Below, piece by piece: positions 17,255 to 27,601 of a stretch of 64,000 bases of DNA (the first letter of the stretch is position 1; each line of letters starts with the position of its first letter). The stretch is from IMG/VR virus record IMGVR_UViG_3300036944_000233; one strand, given 5' to 3'. The position numbers and the translations under genes were made by a program. The DNA comes from an uncultured virus (IMG/VR IMGVR_UViG_3300036944_000233). Lineage: Duplodnaviria; Heunggongvirae; Uroviricota; Caudoviricetes. The notes beneath the pieces are model-generated. The model made no database searches. It had not been told where the DNA came from and saw only the letters and a list, made by a program, of their open reading frames with translations.

Positions 17255-20078
17255 CTGCGCTCATTTGTACGTCCACTTGCAAGAAATCTGAAGACGAGGC
17301 GTCGAACTTCAACACTCGGACGGCGGGGGAAACCATCTTCATGCCCTTGGACATTCGTTTGTTCATGGTCTCGATGTAGCAACCAAGTTGTTGGAGCTCC
17401 TTGAGAGTACCCTTGTAGTTGATCTGCTGACGTACGCAGAAGTCTTTGAACGCCTTGGCCGCGATGTACAGCTCTTTGGTGTCGGGCTCGTAGCGAATCA
17501 TCAGCTCACCACGGGGCTCCAGCAATGGAAGTGCGGACAGGTTGCTTCGGGCGTCCACTTCACCGTTAACCACCAGCGCGTTAGAAATGTGTGCGTTGAT
17601 GAACTCGCCGACTGCGGTGATCGGCGATGCCTGTGGGGGCTTTACGTCTTGCCGCATTTCGCTGAGCATACGCTTAAGCCACTCGTAGACGGCCTTCATA
17701 TCGAAGTCGTGCAAGCCAAGACTTTTGGCGACTAGGCCACCAGCAATGTTGCAAGCGGCAACACCGGACCAGAAACGCTCACGCTGGGTGAACTGCACTT
17801 CCTTGTCGATACGGGCCTGAACCTGACGCATCAAGTCCACTGCTTCTTCTTTGTTGTTCACCAACCACTGTGCGTAGACTTCCATTGCGTGGCCATAGTT
17901 GTCCCGCAGTTGGTGGTCAAACATCTGCTTGCCCTGCTCCATCGAGATCAAGTTGTTGTGGTCCACACGGTACTCAAGCAGACGCATTGACTCACCATCC
18001 GGCGTGCTCTTGGACACACCGAGCTTCTCGTAAAAGCTGGCGTTGGAAGAGCAAAGGCTTATACCCTGCCATTTTGTGTTGTTGACGCGCAGCGTGTTGG
18101 TCGAGCCGTTCATCTTGTCTTTGCCGCGGCCTTGGCTGATGCTGTACGACAGGTCGGAGAACTCCATGCCGCTCATGTTCGTAATCTCGTCAATCGTGTT
18201 AGCAAGGTTGTTCATTACACCGAGTCGGTGAATCTTGGCGTTGAACGTATCCTTAAACATGGATGTCAGCTCTTTCGGCTGGCCGCTCACGCTGTTGCAC
18301 ATATACAGGGCTGTGGACTTACCCGAGCCTGACTCTGGGGAAATGATGTTGATGATCGCGCCTTCCAAGCCAGTGAACTTAAGCAGTGGGGAGCCGAACG
18401 CTGTAAGCGCGGCAAACGCATGGGGCTCCATCCCCGGCAAGGCGTAGAGGTTAAACACTTCCTTCCACTTGGCAAAGTCACCCTTAACGTGAATCTTCTC
18501 GGCGGCTTCTTTGTTGGTGCTAGACGGTGGGCTGTAGAACACACCGTCCTTGGTAATCTCGCGGTCGCCGAGGATGAACTTACTGTCACCATCGGCCCAT
18601 CCAAATTGAGTTCTCATGGTCTCTGCTTTCTTTACATACTGCAAATTCTTGACGAACGACACAACGAACGAAGCAAGGTTCTCGTATTGCTTGTGGTGCG
18701 CCATGACACCGTTGTGGGCCAACTGCTTGCGCAGGTCATCTTTTGCAGAAATTGATGCTGTGGAAATACTGAACTCGCGCACACCATCGTGCGGCAGGTG
18801 CAGCCGAAACAACGCGACTTCCCCAACCTCGGAGTCTTTCATGCGCTTTACCACGTACAGATCGTGCTCGTACACCAATGTTGGTTCGTCCTCTTCTTCA
18901 CTGGCGCGGCGGTATATGCCACCTTTTGCGCCGCGAAAAAACGGGTACGGGTACTCGGGTATCCGGTAGTGTGTTTCTTCGCCGGTTTCCTCGTCGGCAA
19001 CTACAAAGTCATTGTCGTCTGGGTCGGCTTCTTCGATCTCTATGCCGAGCACGATTGGGGACTTGATCTTGCCTTTGTGTGGGCATTCATCGCATCCAGT
19101 CGGGTTCAACTTTTCAAACGTGGCGCAGTGGTGTGGTCCACCCTTGGCGCGAAGCTGTGCAAGTTTCTGGTCAACTTGGGCGGGGTCATACTCGGGATGC
19201 CCCTTAGACATCTTGTGTGCTGAAGCATCACCATCGGAGCAAAATGCCGCGATTGAAAGCGCGGAGCGCCACAGGGGTTCTTCTATGGATGCTTGGTTCT
19301 CAAAGCAGTTAAGCAGTTGCTGGCAACCGTCACCCTTGGCAGACCGAAGCATGATGGTCTTGAACTTTTTGACTTTGTTACCCATGAGTGCTTCCATCAT
19401 CGGGCTCATTGAGCGCGGTATGAAGTCGGGTACATCGTCTTTGGGTTCAGGTGCACCGAGTAGCTCTTTGAACTGCTCGTACGTCAGGCGCTGTGTTTTC
19501 TCGTTGAGGACCGTTACAGCCTTGGGGTCGTCTTGTTTGAAATTGAAAGTACCGGGAATACGCAAGATGCGTGATGCCTCAAACACTGACGAGTCAACAA
19601 TCAGTCCTTGCTCTACGCACAGCTCACGGAGTCGGTTGGCCAGAGGCTCCCACTCACGGCGGGTCACTACTTCTTCTAGAAGCCAGTATGCGTGAATCCC
19701 GTAACCGGAACTCACCAGAATTGGTCTTGGTAGCCCAACGCTTATGCAGAACTTCTTGAACTCATCGAGTCCAATCTGTTGGGTCAAGTAGCCCCTAATG
19801 ATGCCCTTTTCGTCTGGGACTCCCTTGGCGGGGCCGCAGTCAATGTCCATCCACAGTGCGCGGAAGTATGTGGCATTCTCATGTGTCCGATTGTTTAATG
19901 GGCCGTACTTGGCGCAGCCAAAATACGCATCCACCTTACCACGAACAAACTTTTTGGCTATCTCATTGACCTCTTCTCTAGTATCTACAAAGTGTTGATC
20001 CGGGTACCGACCGATACCAAGAACACAGTACCGCCCTTCCGTGGGCAACACGGTGTCGAGTAGGTCAAAACTGGACAT
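17223..20078 (-). CDS. primase-helicase (AEP/RepB-like primase plus DUF927-like helicase)
   Basis: WMDIDCG, SSGYGIHAYW, RILRIPGTFN, Cys cluster CxxF...CDECPH, Walker A SGSGKST, TIDE. Confidence 0.85.
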   Translation of the reverse strand: MSSFDLLDTVLPTEGRYCVLGIGRYPDQHFVDTREEVNEIAKKFVRGKVDAYFGCAKYGPLNNRTHENATYFRALWMDIDCGPAKGVPDEKGIIRGYLTQQIGLDEFKKFCISVGLPRPILVSSGYGIHAYWLLEEVVTRREWEPLANRLRELCVEQGLIVDSSVFEASRILRIPGTFNFKQDDPKAVTVLNEKTQRLTYEQFKELLGAPEPKDDVPDFIPRSMSPMMEALMGNKVKKFKTIMLRSAKGDGCQQLLNCFENQASIEEPLWRSALSIAAFCSDGDASAHKMSKGHPEYDPAQVDQKLAQLRAKGGPHHCATFEKLNPTGCDECPHKGKIKSPIVLGIEIEEADPDDNDFVVADEETGEETHYRIPEYPYPFFRGAKGGIYRRASEEEDEPTLVYEHDLYVVKRMKDSEVGEVALFRLHLPHDGVREFSISTASISAKDDLRKQLAHNGVMAHHKQYENLASFVVSFVKNLQYVKKAETMRTQFGWADGDSKFILGDREITKDGVFYSPPSSTNKEAAEKIHVKGDFAKWKEVFNLYALPGMEPHAFAALTAFGSPLLKFTGLEGAIINIISPESGSGKSTALYMCNSVSGQPKELTSMFKDTFNAKIHRLGVMNNLANTIDEITNMSGMEFSDLSYSISQGRGKDKMNGSTNTLRVNNTKWQGISLCSSNASFYEKLGVSKSTPDGESMRLLEYRVDHNNLISMEQGKQMFDHQLRDNYGHAMEVYAQWLVNNKEEAVDLMRQVQARIDKEVQFTQRERFWSGVAACNIAGGLVAKSLGLHDFDMKAVYEWLKRMLSEMRQDVKPPQASPITAVGEFINAHISNALVVNGEVDARSNLSALPLLEPRGELMIRYEPDTKELYIAAKAFKDFCVRQQINYKGTLKELQQLGCYIETMNKRMSKGMKMVSPAVRVLKFDASSSDFLQVDVQMSADENRNGVVPD

Positions 20079-20081
20079 TTT

Positions 20082-20333
20082 TTATTTCTGCTTGTTGCGG
20101 CGGCTCTTGATGCTGCGCATATATTTTTCTATGTCGGCGTGTATATCTGGGTGGGGCACGGAGTCCCCTTTGAACCAGTTGTAAACGGCCATGCGACTGA
20201 CTCCAAAAGAATCAGCAACATGGCTTACGCTTATGCCTTCAAGAATACATACACGGCCCAAGGCTACGCCCGGAGACTTGATGTTCGCCTTTCTATTGGC
20301 ATACACCAAGCTCTGGCTGTAACCATAGCTCAT
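20082..20333 (-). CDS. HTH DNA-binding protein
   Basis: ISVSHVADSFGVSRMAVYNWFKG. Confidence 0.8.
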   Translation of the reverse strand: MSYGYSQSLVYANRKANIKSPGVALGRVCILEGISVSHVADSFGVSRMAVYNWFKGDSVPHPDIHADIEKYMRSIKSRRNKQK

Positions 20334-20335
20334 GC

Positions 20336-21250
20336 TTACTCCTCGTCAGTCCATGCGGCGACAACAGAACCCAAGTCCTTCTTCACAGTCGGGGCAGGTG
20401 CTTCAGCTTTTTTGCTCTCGCGCTTGGTAGGTTCCGCCACTGCGTCCTCAACCGTCACAGGTGTAGCGGCTTTTGGTGCAGGTGCGGCGGGGGCTGGCGC
20501 TCCCAATTTAGGGGCTCGGCCAGACGCATCCGCTTGATACGGAGTCATCAAGACCATCTTCTGCACTTCAGGCTTTGCCGCCACTTCGCTAGTCACAGCG
20601 TACTCAGCCTTGTTGATGAAGCGTGATGGTGTGAACAGCACAGACGCGTTGTCGTTTTCTTCGTTGAAGCTGATGGTGGTGACCACGTAGTCCAAGCTCT
20701 TGCCGTTGTTGGCGAGGTACTTGGTGTAGTTGCCAAAGGTGTGGGTGTTGTCGGAGGCGCTGTCACCGAACAACGACTTGGAGGCCAAGTTCATTTGGTA
20801 GATTTCACCTTCCAGTGCGGTACCAAAGTCTTCTTCCAACACCATCGCGATACGCTGGCTGTAACGGCAAGCCTTGGAGTTACCCATGCCCGAACCTTTG
20901 ATGTTCCGTGGGCATGTATCGCAACGATCAGATTGCGCATTGGCAGAACCAGCGTCAGGTACGTTGCCATCATTGCTGAAGCAATCAGGTGCGCTTGGCT
21001 CAGCATCGGGAGTCCACTGCTTCACATAGAAAATGCGGCCAACTTTGGGGGATGCGTTAACGATGATGGCGTTGATGTTGCCCTTCACCTTACCCATCTC
21101 TTCGCCACCAACCACTTTGCGGAAGATGCCGTTTTTCGGCACGATACGCTTAACGCCGGACTTGCCAGCAAGGGATTTTGTAAGACCACTGACACCTGTT
21201 TGTTGCAGGAAGTCGGGGAGGTCTTGATTCAGAAGTGTGATATTGCTCAT
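20336..21250 (-). CDS. probable ssDNA-binding / annealing protein
   Basis: Located in the replication module; Cys motif CDTCPRN...CRY; Pro/Ala linker and acidic WTDEE tail. Confidence 0.6.
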   Translation of the reverse strand: MSNITLLNQDLPDFLQQTGVSGLTKSLAGKSGVKRIVPKNGIFRKVVGGEEMGKVKGNINAIIVNASPKVGRIFYVKQWTPDAEPSAPDCFSNDGNVPDAGSANAQSDRCDTCPRNIKGSGMGNSKACRYSQRIAMVLEEDFGTALEGEIYQMNLASKSLFGDSASDNTHTFGNYTKYLANNGKSLDYVVTTISFNEENDNASVLFTPSRFINKAEYAVTSEVAAKPEVQKMVLMTPYQADASGRAPKLGAPAPAAPAPKAATPVTVEDAVAEPTKRESKKAEAPAPTVKKDLGSVVAAWTDEE

Positions 21251-21251
21251 C

Positions 21252-21680
21252 TTAATTTCCTTTGGAACGTCTGACAACCACGGAGTACGAACTTTCCACG
21301 TTAACCCCAACGGGGAACGTGTCGGGATTCTCAGAAAGAAACTCTTTCAGGTGTGTCTGATGGAGTCGCTTTTCTAACAGGCCAAACGCATCGTGTTCTT
21401 TGATGAACTGATACATTGAATCCCAATCATTCGTCCAGTACCGTGACTTTACCGAACGGATGATCGTGCCATGTGGGGTGCGAACGCTGTCAGCGTTCAT
21501 TTGCTTGCAGATTTCGAGCATCTCGGTTTCGATGATGTTCATCTGCTCTTCGAGTTCTTTTTCGCGGGTCTCGGCCTCACGGCGCATGTCATCCCGTTTG
21601 TCGCGCATCTTGAGGTAGACGGCGGTTAACTTGTCAAGGTCGTATTGAGGGGGTTCTTGCCCCTGAACTTCTTCGTCCAT
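21252..21680 (-). CDS. conserved phage replication-module protein
   Basis: Coiled coil followed by SVRTPHGT...DWDSMYQFIKEH; RBS AGGAG. Confidence 0.7.
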   Translation of the reverse strand: MDEEVQGQEPPQYDLDKLTAVYLKMRDKRDDMRREAETREKELEEQMNIIETEMLEICKQMNADSVRTPHGTIIRSVKSRYWTNDWDSMYQFIKEHDAFGLLEKRLHQTHLKEFLSENPDTFPVGVNVESSYSVVVRRSKGN

Positions 21681-21717
21681 ACTTTTTCTCCTAGTTGGTT
21701 GGTTAGTTGGTGAAGGT

Positions 21718-21745
21718 ACTCTACCACAACTCTTGACAGTGTCAA
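21718..21745 (-). promoter_or_regulatory. sigma70-type promoter
   Basis: TTGACA-16-TAGAGT with TGTGG extension; the -35 lies in the inverted repeat CTCTTGACA-G-TGTCAAGAG. Confidence 0.55.
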
Positions 21746-23130
21746 GAGGTTTCTTCAAATATTTCTTTTTGGTAGAGGTCGATGATTTCTCTATGTCCCG
21801 CCACGTTGTTTTGCAACATGGAGTACAGGCGGCTTTCGACTTGGCTTCCACGGATGTGGACGATGGTCATGGGGTTGACCTGACCGGGGCGATCGATACG
21901 TGCATTGGCTTGCAAGTACGTTTCTACACTGGTGCACGGAGCGTACCAAACAATGGTGTCTGCGGCAGTAAGGGTAAGCCCGTGGGATGCGGCTTGCGGT
22001 TGGATGATTAGAACCTTCGGGTCGAGTTGCTCTTGGAACTGCTTGACCACGTCCGATCGTTTGTTTACCGGCACACTACCGTTAATGATTTCGCACGCCA
22101 CACCATTCTTTTTTAGGTGCTTCTCAAGTAGCATGATCGAGTGGGTGAAGGGCACAAAGATCAGCACCTTGTTACTGCACTCGTCCACAATCTCCTGCAC
22201 CACGTTGAGCCGATTGCTCACGTCAAAGTCCACGACTTCGCCAGTGTCGGTGTAGATCGAGCCGCATGAAATCTGGAGCAGCTTGTTGATCTGAGTGGCG
22301 GCGTTGACCGCTGAGATTTCTTCACCCGCAGCCTCAATCATCATCTCCTTCTTGAGTAGCTTGTAGAAGCCAGCTTGCTGGGGGGTCAATGGGGCATCAC
22401 GCTCAACGAACGTCAGTGGAGGCAGGTCAATACACTGGCGCTTTTCAAACCGAATTGCGGGTTGCAGTACGGTGTGCACAGTGTGCTTTGCAGTCGGCTT
22501 CGGTATGTAGCGGTACTGACTGACCTTGTCCATGACCATGTCTTTGAAGTGTGTAAAGAACTGCGGCACACCCTTGGGATTGACCAGCTTTGCCAAACCA
22601 TAAGCATCGGCGGGGGACTGAGCGGCGGGTGTACCCGTCAACATCCATAGGCCCTTTATAACTCTTGTTAGGTCTCGCAGGTCTTTCCAGCGGCTTGTCT
22701 GTGCGTTCTTATACGCAGACGCTTCGTCTACAACAATGAGGTCAAACCCACCGTTGATGATCTCATCCTTGACAATGCCGACACCATCGAAGTTGATGAT
22801 GACGAACTCAGCCCCAGCGTTGATGATTTCTTTGCGCTTACGTGCATTGCCATAGGCGACAGAAACCGTGCGGTGCAGTGCGAACTTAAACAGGTCACCC
22901 TGCCAAGCGGACTTCATGATCGACAAGGGGCATATGACAAGCACTCGGCGAATGAGGCCAATGTGCATGAGGTAGTCAACGGCCCAGATCACTGATGCTG
23001 TTTTGCCGGTGCCTTGCTCGTTGAAGCAAAACGCCTTGCGGTTACTAATCAAAAACTCTGCTGTTGACTTCTGATGTACGAACGGAGTGAACCCGTGGGG
23101 ACGTGGCCACTCATACTCTGATAGGTTCAT
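21742..23130 (-). CDS. SNF2-family helicase
   Basis: EQGTGKT, VVDEAS, LTGTP, HGLTLT, QANARIDRPGQ. Confidence 0.9.
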   Translation of the reverse strand: MNLSEYEWPRPHGFTPFVHQKSTAEFLISNRKAFCFNEQGTGKTASVIWAVDYLMHIGLIRRVLVICPLSIMKSAWQGDLFKFALHRTVSVAYGNARKRKEIINAGAEFVIINFDGVGIVKDEIINGGFDLIVVDEASAYKNAQTSRWKDLRDLTRVIKGLWMLTGTPAAQSPADAYGLAKLVNPKGVPQFFTHFKDMVMDKVSQYRYIPKPTAKHTVHTVLQPAIRFEKRQCIDLPPLTFVERDAPLTPQQAGFYKLLKKEMMIEAAGEEISAVNAATQINKLLQISCGSIYTDTGEVVDFDVSNRLNVVQEIVDECSNKVLIFVPFTHSIMLLEKHLKKNGVACEIINGSVPVNKRSDVVKQFQEQLDPKVLIIQPQAASHGLTLTAADTIVWYAPCTSVETYLQANARIDRPGQVNPMTIVHIRGSQVESRLYSMLQNNVAGHREIIDLYQKEIFEETS

Positions 23131-23441
23131 TTTTTCTTCCGTTCCTTTGTGCTGGTCTCGGTCACCAGCTTGTGGTTGCTGTTGCGTTTAAACGAACGGT
23201 TCTTGGCCGCGCTTTCTATGCGCACGCCGTTTCCGTTGGTTCCTCCATTAGATAAAGCCTTGACGTGCGCAACATCTTTTCCTTCGCGGACATCAGCCTT
23301 GCCGTCACCGTCTCGGTCGGCGTGTTTCTTGTCAATGGTCTCTCGTGCACGTTGGCGTTCAGCTCGTGCTGGCCCTTCTCTTCGGGCTTTTTGCAATTCG
23401 TATTCATGTTTGTATGGGCGGGGGGTTTTGGTGTAAGGCAT
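23127..23441 (-). CDS. HNH-like endonuclease
   Basis: GKDVAHVKALSNGG...KNRS. Confidence 0.65.
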   Translation of the reverse strand: MPYTKTPRPYKHEYELQKARREGPARAERQRARETIDKKHADRDGDGKADVREGKDVAHVKALSNGGTNGNGVRIESAAKNRSFKRNSNHKLVTETSTKERKKK

Positions 23442-23442
23442 T

Positions 23443-24105
23443 TCAGCTCCTGTTGTACTCACACTGCTTCACGGGGCAGAACTTGCACAGTGGTCCTTGA
23501 ACGGGATTCCACACCCCATTTTCCAGTGCCGCCTCAATTCGCGCAACATCCCGTGCAGGTTTTTCTACATACTTGGGAACCATCACAGCATGGTGCTCAG
23601 CTTTGACAAACTCTTTACTTACAACGAACAAGAGGGCTGACTTGATACGCTCAATCTTGGGGAATTTGGCAAAGATGCCGGTCGCCACCAAGTCCAATTG
23701 TTTTACGTCAGCGTACCGGGCACTCTTGCTGGTTTTGTAGTCCACAGAGTAGGCCATCTTCTTTTCTTCGTTGATCACGACCAAGTCGGCGATGCCGTGC
23801 CACCATACGTCCGGGGCGTGAAACTCACACGACTTCAGGTCTTTGGTGAAGCCCAGCATCATCTCGCAGTGCTTCTCGCCGGGGATTGCTTTGAGGCTGT
23901 CCAGCGTTTCTTGCATATACGCAAACTGAAGGGGAACTGGTTTATCGTCGCGGATGTATTCCTCCGCAACAGTGTGAGCCCACTTCCCGTACAGCGTGGC
24001 CGTGGTGTCCGACTCGACAATGTCCTTGGCGATCTTGGTGTGGTAATACTTCTTCGGACATTGCTGGAATGTCTTAAGACTACTGAATGACCAGACGATG
24101 TTCAT
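23443..24105 (-). CDS. PD-(D/E)xK Cas4-like exonuclease
   Basis: SFSSLKTFQQCP, GIADL, DYKT, QL, C-terminal CKFCPVKQC. Confidence 0.85.
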   Translation of the reverse strand: MNIVWSFSSLKTFQQCPKKYYHTKIAKDIVESDTTATLYGKWAHTVAEEYIRDDKPVPLQFAYMQETLDSLKAIPGEKHCEMMLGFTKDLKSCEFHAPDVWWHGIADLVVINEEKKMAYSVDYKTSKSARYADVKQLDLVATGIFAKFPKIERIKSALLFVVSKEFVKAEHHAVMVPKYVEKPARDVARIEAALENGVWNPVQGPLCKFCPVKQCEYNRS

Positions 24106-24386
24106 GTGTTGAGTCCCTTCAAGATCAAGAGGGTTGTGAGTGCTTGCGTAAGCGTTTGATCTTCGGGCACTATAAACATCTCGTTTGTCCAGTCAGGTCC
24201 GTGGTTGTTGGGCTTGTACGTGCTCACCTCCAAGATGCGTCCGTTCATGGCCTTCATCACGCCGATTCGGAACGTGGGAATGGAATCACTACGCACGTCT
24301 GAGCCCCGTGACACCAAGTTTTCCTTGCCGTCTTCGTCACGTAGTACCCACTGAATTAGTTGTTTAAGTAGTTTTCTCATTAACAT
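24102..24386 (-). CDS. hypothetical protein
   Basis: Coupled ORF within the operon. Confidence 0.65.
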   Translation of the reverse strand: MLMRKLLKQLIQWVLRDEDGKENLVSRGSDVRSDSIPTFRIGVMKAMNGRILEVSTYKPNNHGPDWTNEMFIVPEDQTLTQALTTLLILKGLNT

Positions 24387-26197
24387 TCTCCATAGCTTTT
24401 GCCTGATCCAGATTCGCAGTTAAGCGGGAGGTCAGGCCCCCACTGCGGACGTATACGCATACACAGCTCAACGTACTCCACCGCACGTTCAACCTCGGCC
24501 TCGGGCACGATGCAAGCGATCGCGTCATGCACTGTCATGACCACTTGGTACTTCTTCGCAACCAGCAACATCTGATCGCCAATCACAATTCGTGCAAGTG
24601 CTTGGCATACGTTCTCCACCACCTTGCCGCCATAGATGCGGTTGGGGATTGTGGCCTTGCCCTTCTTGGTGTCGTACACATACTCGGGCTTGCCGTCTTC
24701 GTTGGTAGCCCAGCGTAGGTTGGGGTAGCGCAAATACAAGCCGTTCGGTAACAGGATGCCAGCTTTGCCTTCAATTTTCAAAAGCCCGTCTCGGCCAAGC
24801 TCGGTGGATTGGTTGCCGATGATGGCCCCAAGGATGCCCCCTGCGGCTTTCCACAGCTCAGTGATCTTTGGGTATGTGCGGCGGTAGGTGTCAATGATGC
24901 GCTTGGCCTCATCCAGTTCAATGACCACGCCAAAGTTTTTGAGTTGCGCTTGGAACTTCGCCGCTCCCATGCCGTACCCCGCCCCAAGAATTGTCGTTTT
25001 ACCAACGAACCTTTCGTTTTTGGAAATCTCCGAGATTGGCTTGCCGTAAATAGCAGCAGCCATGATTTTGTAAACGTCCTCGCCACGGTCAAATGCCTCC
25101 ACTAAATCATCTTGCCCAGCTAGCCATGCCAGCGTACGTGCTTCAATCTGCGATGAGTCTGAGTCGATCATCATGTAGCCAGTCGGTGCCAAAATAGAGT
25201 GCTTCAGCGGGGAACTTCTCGGCAGGTTCTGCAAATTTAATTTGTCGTCACCACCCCACCGTCCGGTGTGGGCCGCGTAGTATCGCAAGGGAACTGGCAT
25301 AGGCCCGCGTTGGGCAATCCCAATGAACCGCTCAGTTCGGCTCTCCTCAATCGTGGACTTGGTGCCCAGCCGGGCGGCAACCAATGTCTGCACTGCGGTA
25401 ATTGGATGCTCAAGTAGGGCTTTGAACTCCTCGTCCGTCTTGGCAAACGCATATGTCAGCTTGCCCGTGGCAGGGCTCTTCTTCATTGGCGGCTCGACAC
25501 CTAGATCGCGCAACAGGCCAGCAAACTGCGGATTGCTCATCAACGCGTCTTTGTCAAAGGTCCGAAGCAGCTCCTCTTTGCGGGTTTGCTCGTTGCTCAA
25601 GTGAGCGCGAAGCATCACCGGGTCCAGACGCAACACTGGGTCGGTGAACATGCGAACGGTCAGGTCGATCAGGCGCAACTCAGTCTTGGGGAATCCTTGG
25701 CTCATGTGGCCAAACAAATCCCACGTCAGCGTCACGTCATTGCAGCAGTACGATCCGTAGTCGGCCAGCTCCTCGGGGGTGAAGGTGTTGCGGAAGTAGT
25801 TGATGTATTGCTTGACCTGCGTACCCTTGACCCCGATGCTGTAGTGCTCAGCCAACACAGCGAGACTGCCGCCTACGTTGGTACCGTGAAGCGCACGTCC
25901 CATGCTAAGCGTGTCCAGCCAGCCCTTGGGTTTGATACCGAAGTGATGCGACATGATGAACCCATCGAACACAGCGTTGTGCGCCAGCGCAAGGGAGTTG
26001 GCCCAGTCAAACTGCTTGAGGAACACAGCGGTGTCTGCCATCGAACCGCTGAACCACTCGGGCTCACCGTCATTGATTTGCACCGCCACACCGATCACCT
26101 CAAAGCGTGGGTCTCGTACGTATTCCTCGGTAGTCTGAGTCTTGAACCCAAGGTCACCGCCATACGCAGATTCAAAATCGATCGTAATGATGTTCAT
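24380..26197 (-). CDS. polA: family A DNA polymerase with 3'-5' exonuclease
   Basis: IDFE and HNAVFD (exonuclease); TGRW, NLQNLP, DSSQIEAR, RFVGKTTILGAGYG, TVHD. Confidence 0.92.
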   Translation of the reverse strand: MNIITIDFESAYGGDLGFKTQTTEEYVRDPRFEVIGVAVQINDGEPEWFSGSMADTAVFLKQFDWANSLALAHNAVFDGFIMSHHFGIKPKGWLDTLSMGRALHGTNVGGSLAVLAEHYSIGVKGTQVKQYINYFRNTFTPEELADYGSYCCNDVTLTWDLFGHMSQGFPKTELRLIDLTVRMFTDPVLRLDPVMLRAHLSNEQTRKEELLRTFDKDALMSNPQFAGLLRDLGVEPPMKKSPATGKLTYAFAKTDEEFKALLEHPITAVQTLVAARLGTKSTIEESRTERFIGIAQRGPMPVPLRYYAAHTGRWGGDDKLNLQNLPRSSPLKHSILAPTGYMMIDSDSSQIEARTLAWLAGQDDLVEAFDRGEDVYKIMAAAIYGKPISEISKNERFVGKTTILGAGYGMGAAKFQAQLKNFGVVIELDEAKRIIDTYRRTYPKITELWKAAGGILGAIIGNQSTELGRDGLLKIEGKAGILLPNGLYLRYPNLRWATNEDGKPEYVYDTKKGKATIPNRIYGGKVVENVCQALARIVIGDQMLLVAKKYQVVMTVHDAIACIVPEAEVERAVEYVELCMRIRPQWGPDLPLNCESGSGKSYGEC

Positions 26198-26532
26198 TTG
26201 AAGTTGTACCCCGGTTCTTTGGGTTGTACTTGGTTGGAAATTGTTGTGAGGCGGCTATCGTATTGGCTTGTAGTGATAACCCCTTGGGTGTACCCTTTCA
26301 TCTGCTCTTGCATCTCGTCTCTCAGCAGCGTCTGCACTACGCTGTAGTCAAACTCTTTGCGGCGTACAGTTTTCAGCGCCTCGTGTAGTGCGCCTTTCTC
26401 GGGCTCGGTCATCACCTCACGGAACTTCTCTTTGAAAATGAAGTGCCACTTGTTCGCCTCGTTGAAGAACTCCTCGGGGTTGGTCTCCATGCGCTTGATG
26501 ACGGTCTCGACACCTGTTGAAAAATTAGACAT
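26194..26532 (-). CDS. hypothetical protein
   Basis: Coupled ORF. Confidence 0.65.
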   Translation of the reverse strand: MSNFSTGVETVIKRMETNPEEFFNEANKWHFIFKEKFREVMTEPEKGALHEALKTVRRKEFDYSVVQTLLRDEMQEQMKGYTQGVITTSQYDSRLTTISNQVQPKEPGYNFK

Positions 26533-26833
26533 TGTTTCTCTCCTTGCACTCGGTGATGACTTCCTTCAGGTAGTCAAGATTGGTTTCGTTGATGATGCAG
26601 GTGTACCCACCCGCCTTGTTGATCTGCCCAAGGTTCTTGAGTTGCAGTGCGGTGGTCTTGCCCTTACCTGCCTTGGCCTCGATCGCCACAAAGTAGCCGT
26701 TCACACAGCACAGGAAGTCGGGCACACCAGCGTTACCGTAGCCACTGCCGATTGGCATAGCGTAGTAGACGTTGTGTTCTTTCAGGATGGTCTTTATTTT
26801 GGCCTTGACCTTGGCCTCTGGCGTGGTTGCCAT
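26525..26833 (-). CDS. VRR-NUC nuclease (Holliday-junction resolvase-like)
   Basis: PEAKVK...GVPDFL...AIEAKAGKGKTTALQ. Confidence 0.85.
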   Translation of the reverse strand: MATTPEAKVKAKIKTILKEHNVYYAMPIGSGYGNAGVPDFLCCVNGYFVAIEAKAGKGKTTALQLKNLGQINKAGGYTCIINETNLDYLKEVITECKERNNV

Positions 26834-26863
26834 CTAATACTCCAATTTGTTTTCAGGACTTTA

Positions 26864-26891
26864 AGCATACCACGTCTCTTTACTTTGTCAA
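26864..26891 (-). promoter_or_regulatory. sigma70-type promoter of the replication operon
   Basis: TTGACA-16-TATGCT with TG extension. Confidence 0.65.
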
Positions 26892-26902
26892 CACCCAGAC
26901 GC

Positions 26903-26926
26903 AAAAAAGCCACCCGAAGGTGGCTC
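26903..26926 (-). terminator. Rho-independent terminator ending the early operon
   Basis: GCCACC-TTCG-GGTGGC-TTTTTT on the minus strand. Confidence 0.85.
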
Positions 26927-26946
26927 AGTAGTTTTCCTAACAAATG

Positions 26947-27396
26947 TTAGGTAGCGTGAGTCAGCTCACGTTGTAGGTACCAAATGGCTTTCTCAAGGTC
27001 TTGCTTGCGGTTGCCCTTGTAGTCGGCACGGGCGATGTACTTCAAAGCGTTACCCATGTTGTAGTTGAGCTTCTTGGCCTCAATGAAGTCGATGGTCTCG
27101 ATTCCACCTACCTTGTAATGCGCAGGATGATTAACGGAGTCGGCTTCAGATTCGTGCATAGTCACAGGCATCTCTTCTACGATTGTTACTTTAGGGGTGG
27201 GCTCTGGGAACCTATTGCGGATGGTCTCTGCAAGCTCAGCGGCTTTTTTCTCCATCGTGCTCTTGGCCATATACGCAATCTGATACGACACGCCCATTGC
27301 TTTAGCAACCTCAGACGTGGTTTTGTTGGGGTACTTGGTGAAGTAGTCCCGAAGGCTTTGCGCTTGGGATGGTTTTTGGGCTGGCTTCTTAGTCAT
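26947..27396 (-). CDS. DUF3310 (SaV-like) protein with N-terminal HTH-like segment
   Basis: VNHPAHYKVGGIETIDFI...GNALKYIARA...DLEKAIWYL. Confidence 0.85.
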   Translation of the reverse strand: MTKKPAQKPSQAQSLRDYFTKYPNKTTSEVAKAMGVSYQIAYMAKSTMEKKAAELAETIRNRFPEPTPKVTIVEEMPVTMHESEADSVNHPAHYKVGGIETIDFIEAKKLNYNMGNALKYIARADYKGNRKQDLEKAIWYLQRELTHAT

Positions 27397-27601
27397 TGGT
27401 TGCTCCTTGAGTTTGACTATTAACGTACTCGGTAAGAATTTCTCTCATTTTTAACTGCTTGGAATACGGGTAGTGTTGGTCAAAAAAGGCCGTCACTTCT
27501 TTTGGTAGCCGCAAGCTAGTACAGTCAAGCGCGGGTTTCTTACCAAGCCCCCGCCCTTTACGTTTTTTCACAGGTTTGAGTTCTTCAATCCCGGTTGTCA
27601 T
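27389..27601 (-). CDS. small DNA-binding protein, ribbon-helix-helix-like
   Basis: RKGRG basic arm; TSLRLPKEV...MREILTEYV. Confidence 0.6.
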   Translation of the reverse strand: MTTGIEELKPVKKRKGRGLGKKPALDCTSLRLPKEVTAFFDQHYPYSKQLKMREILTEYVNSQTQGATND

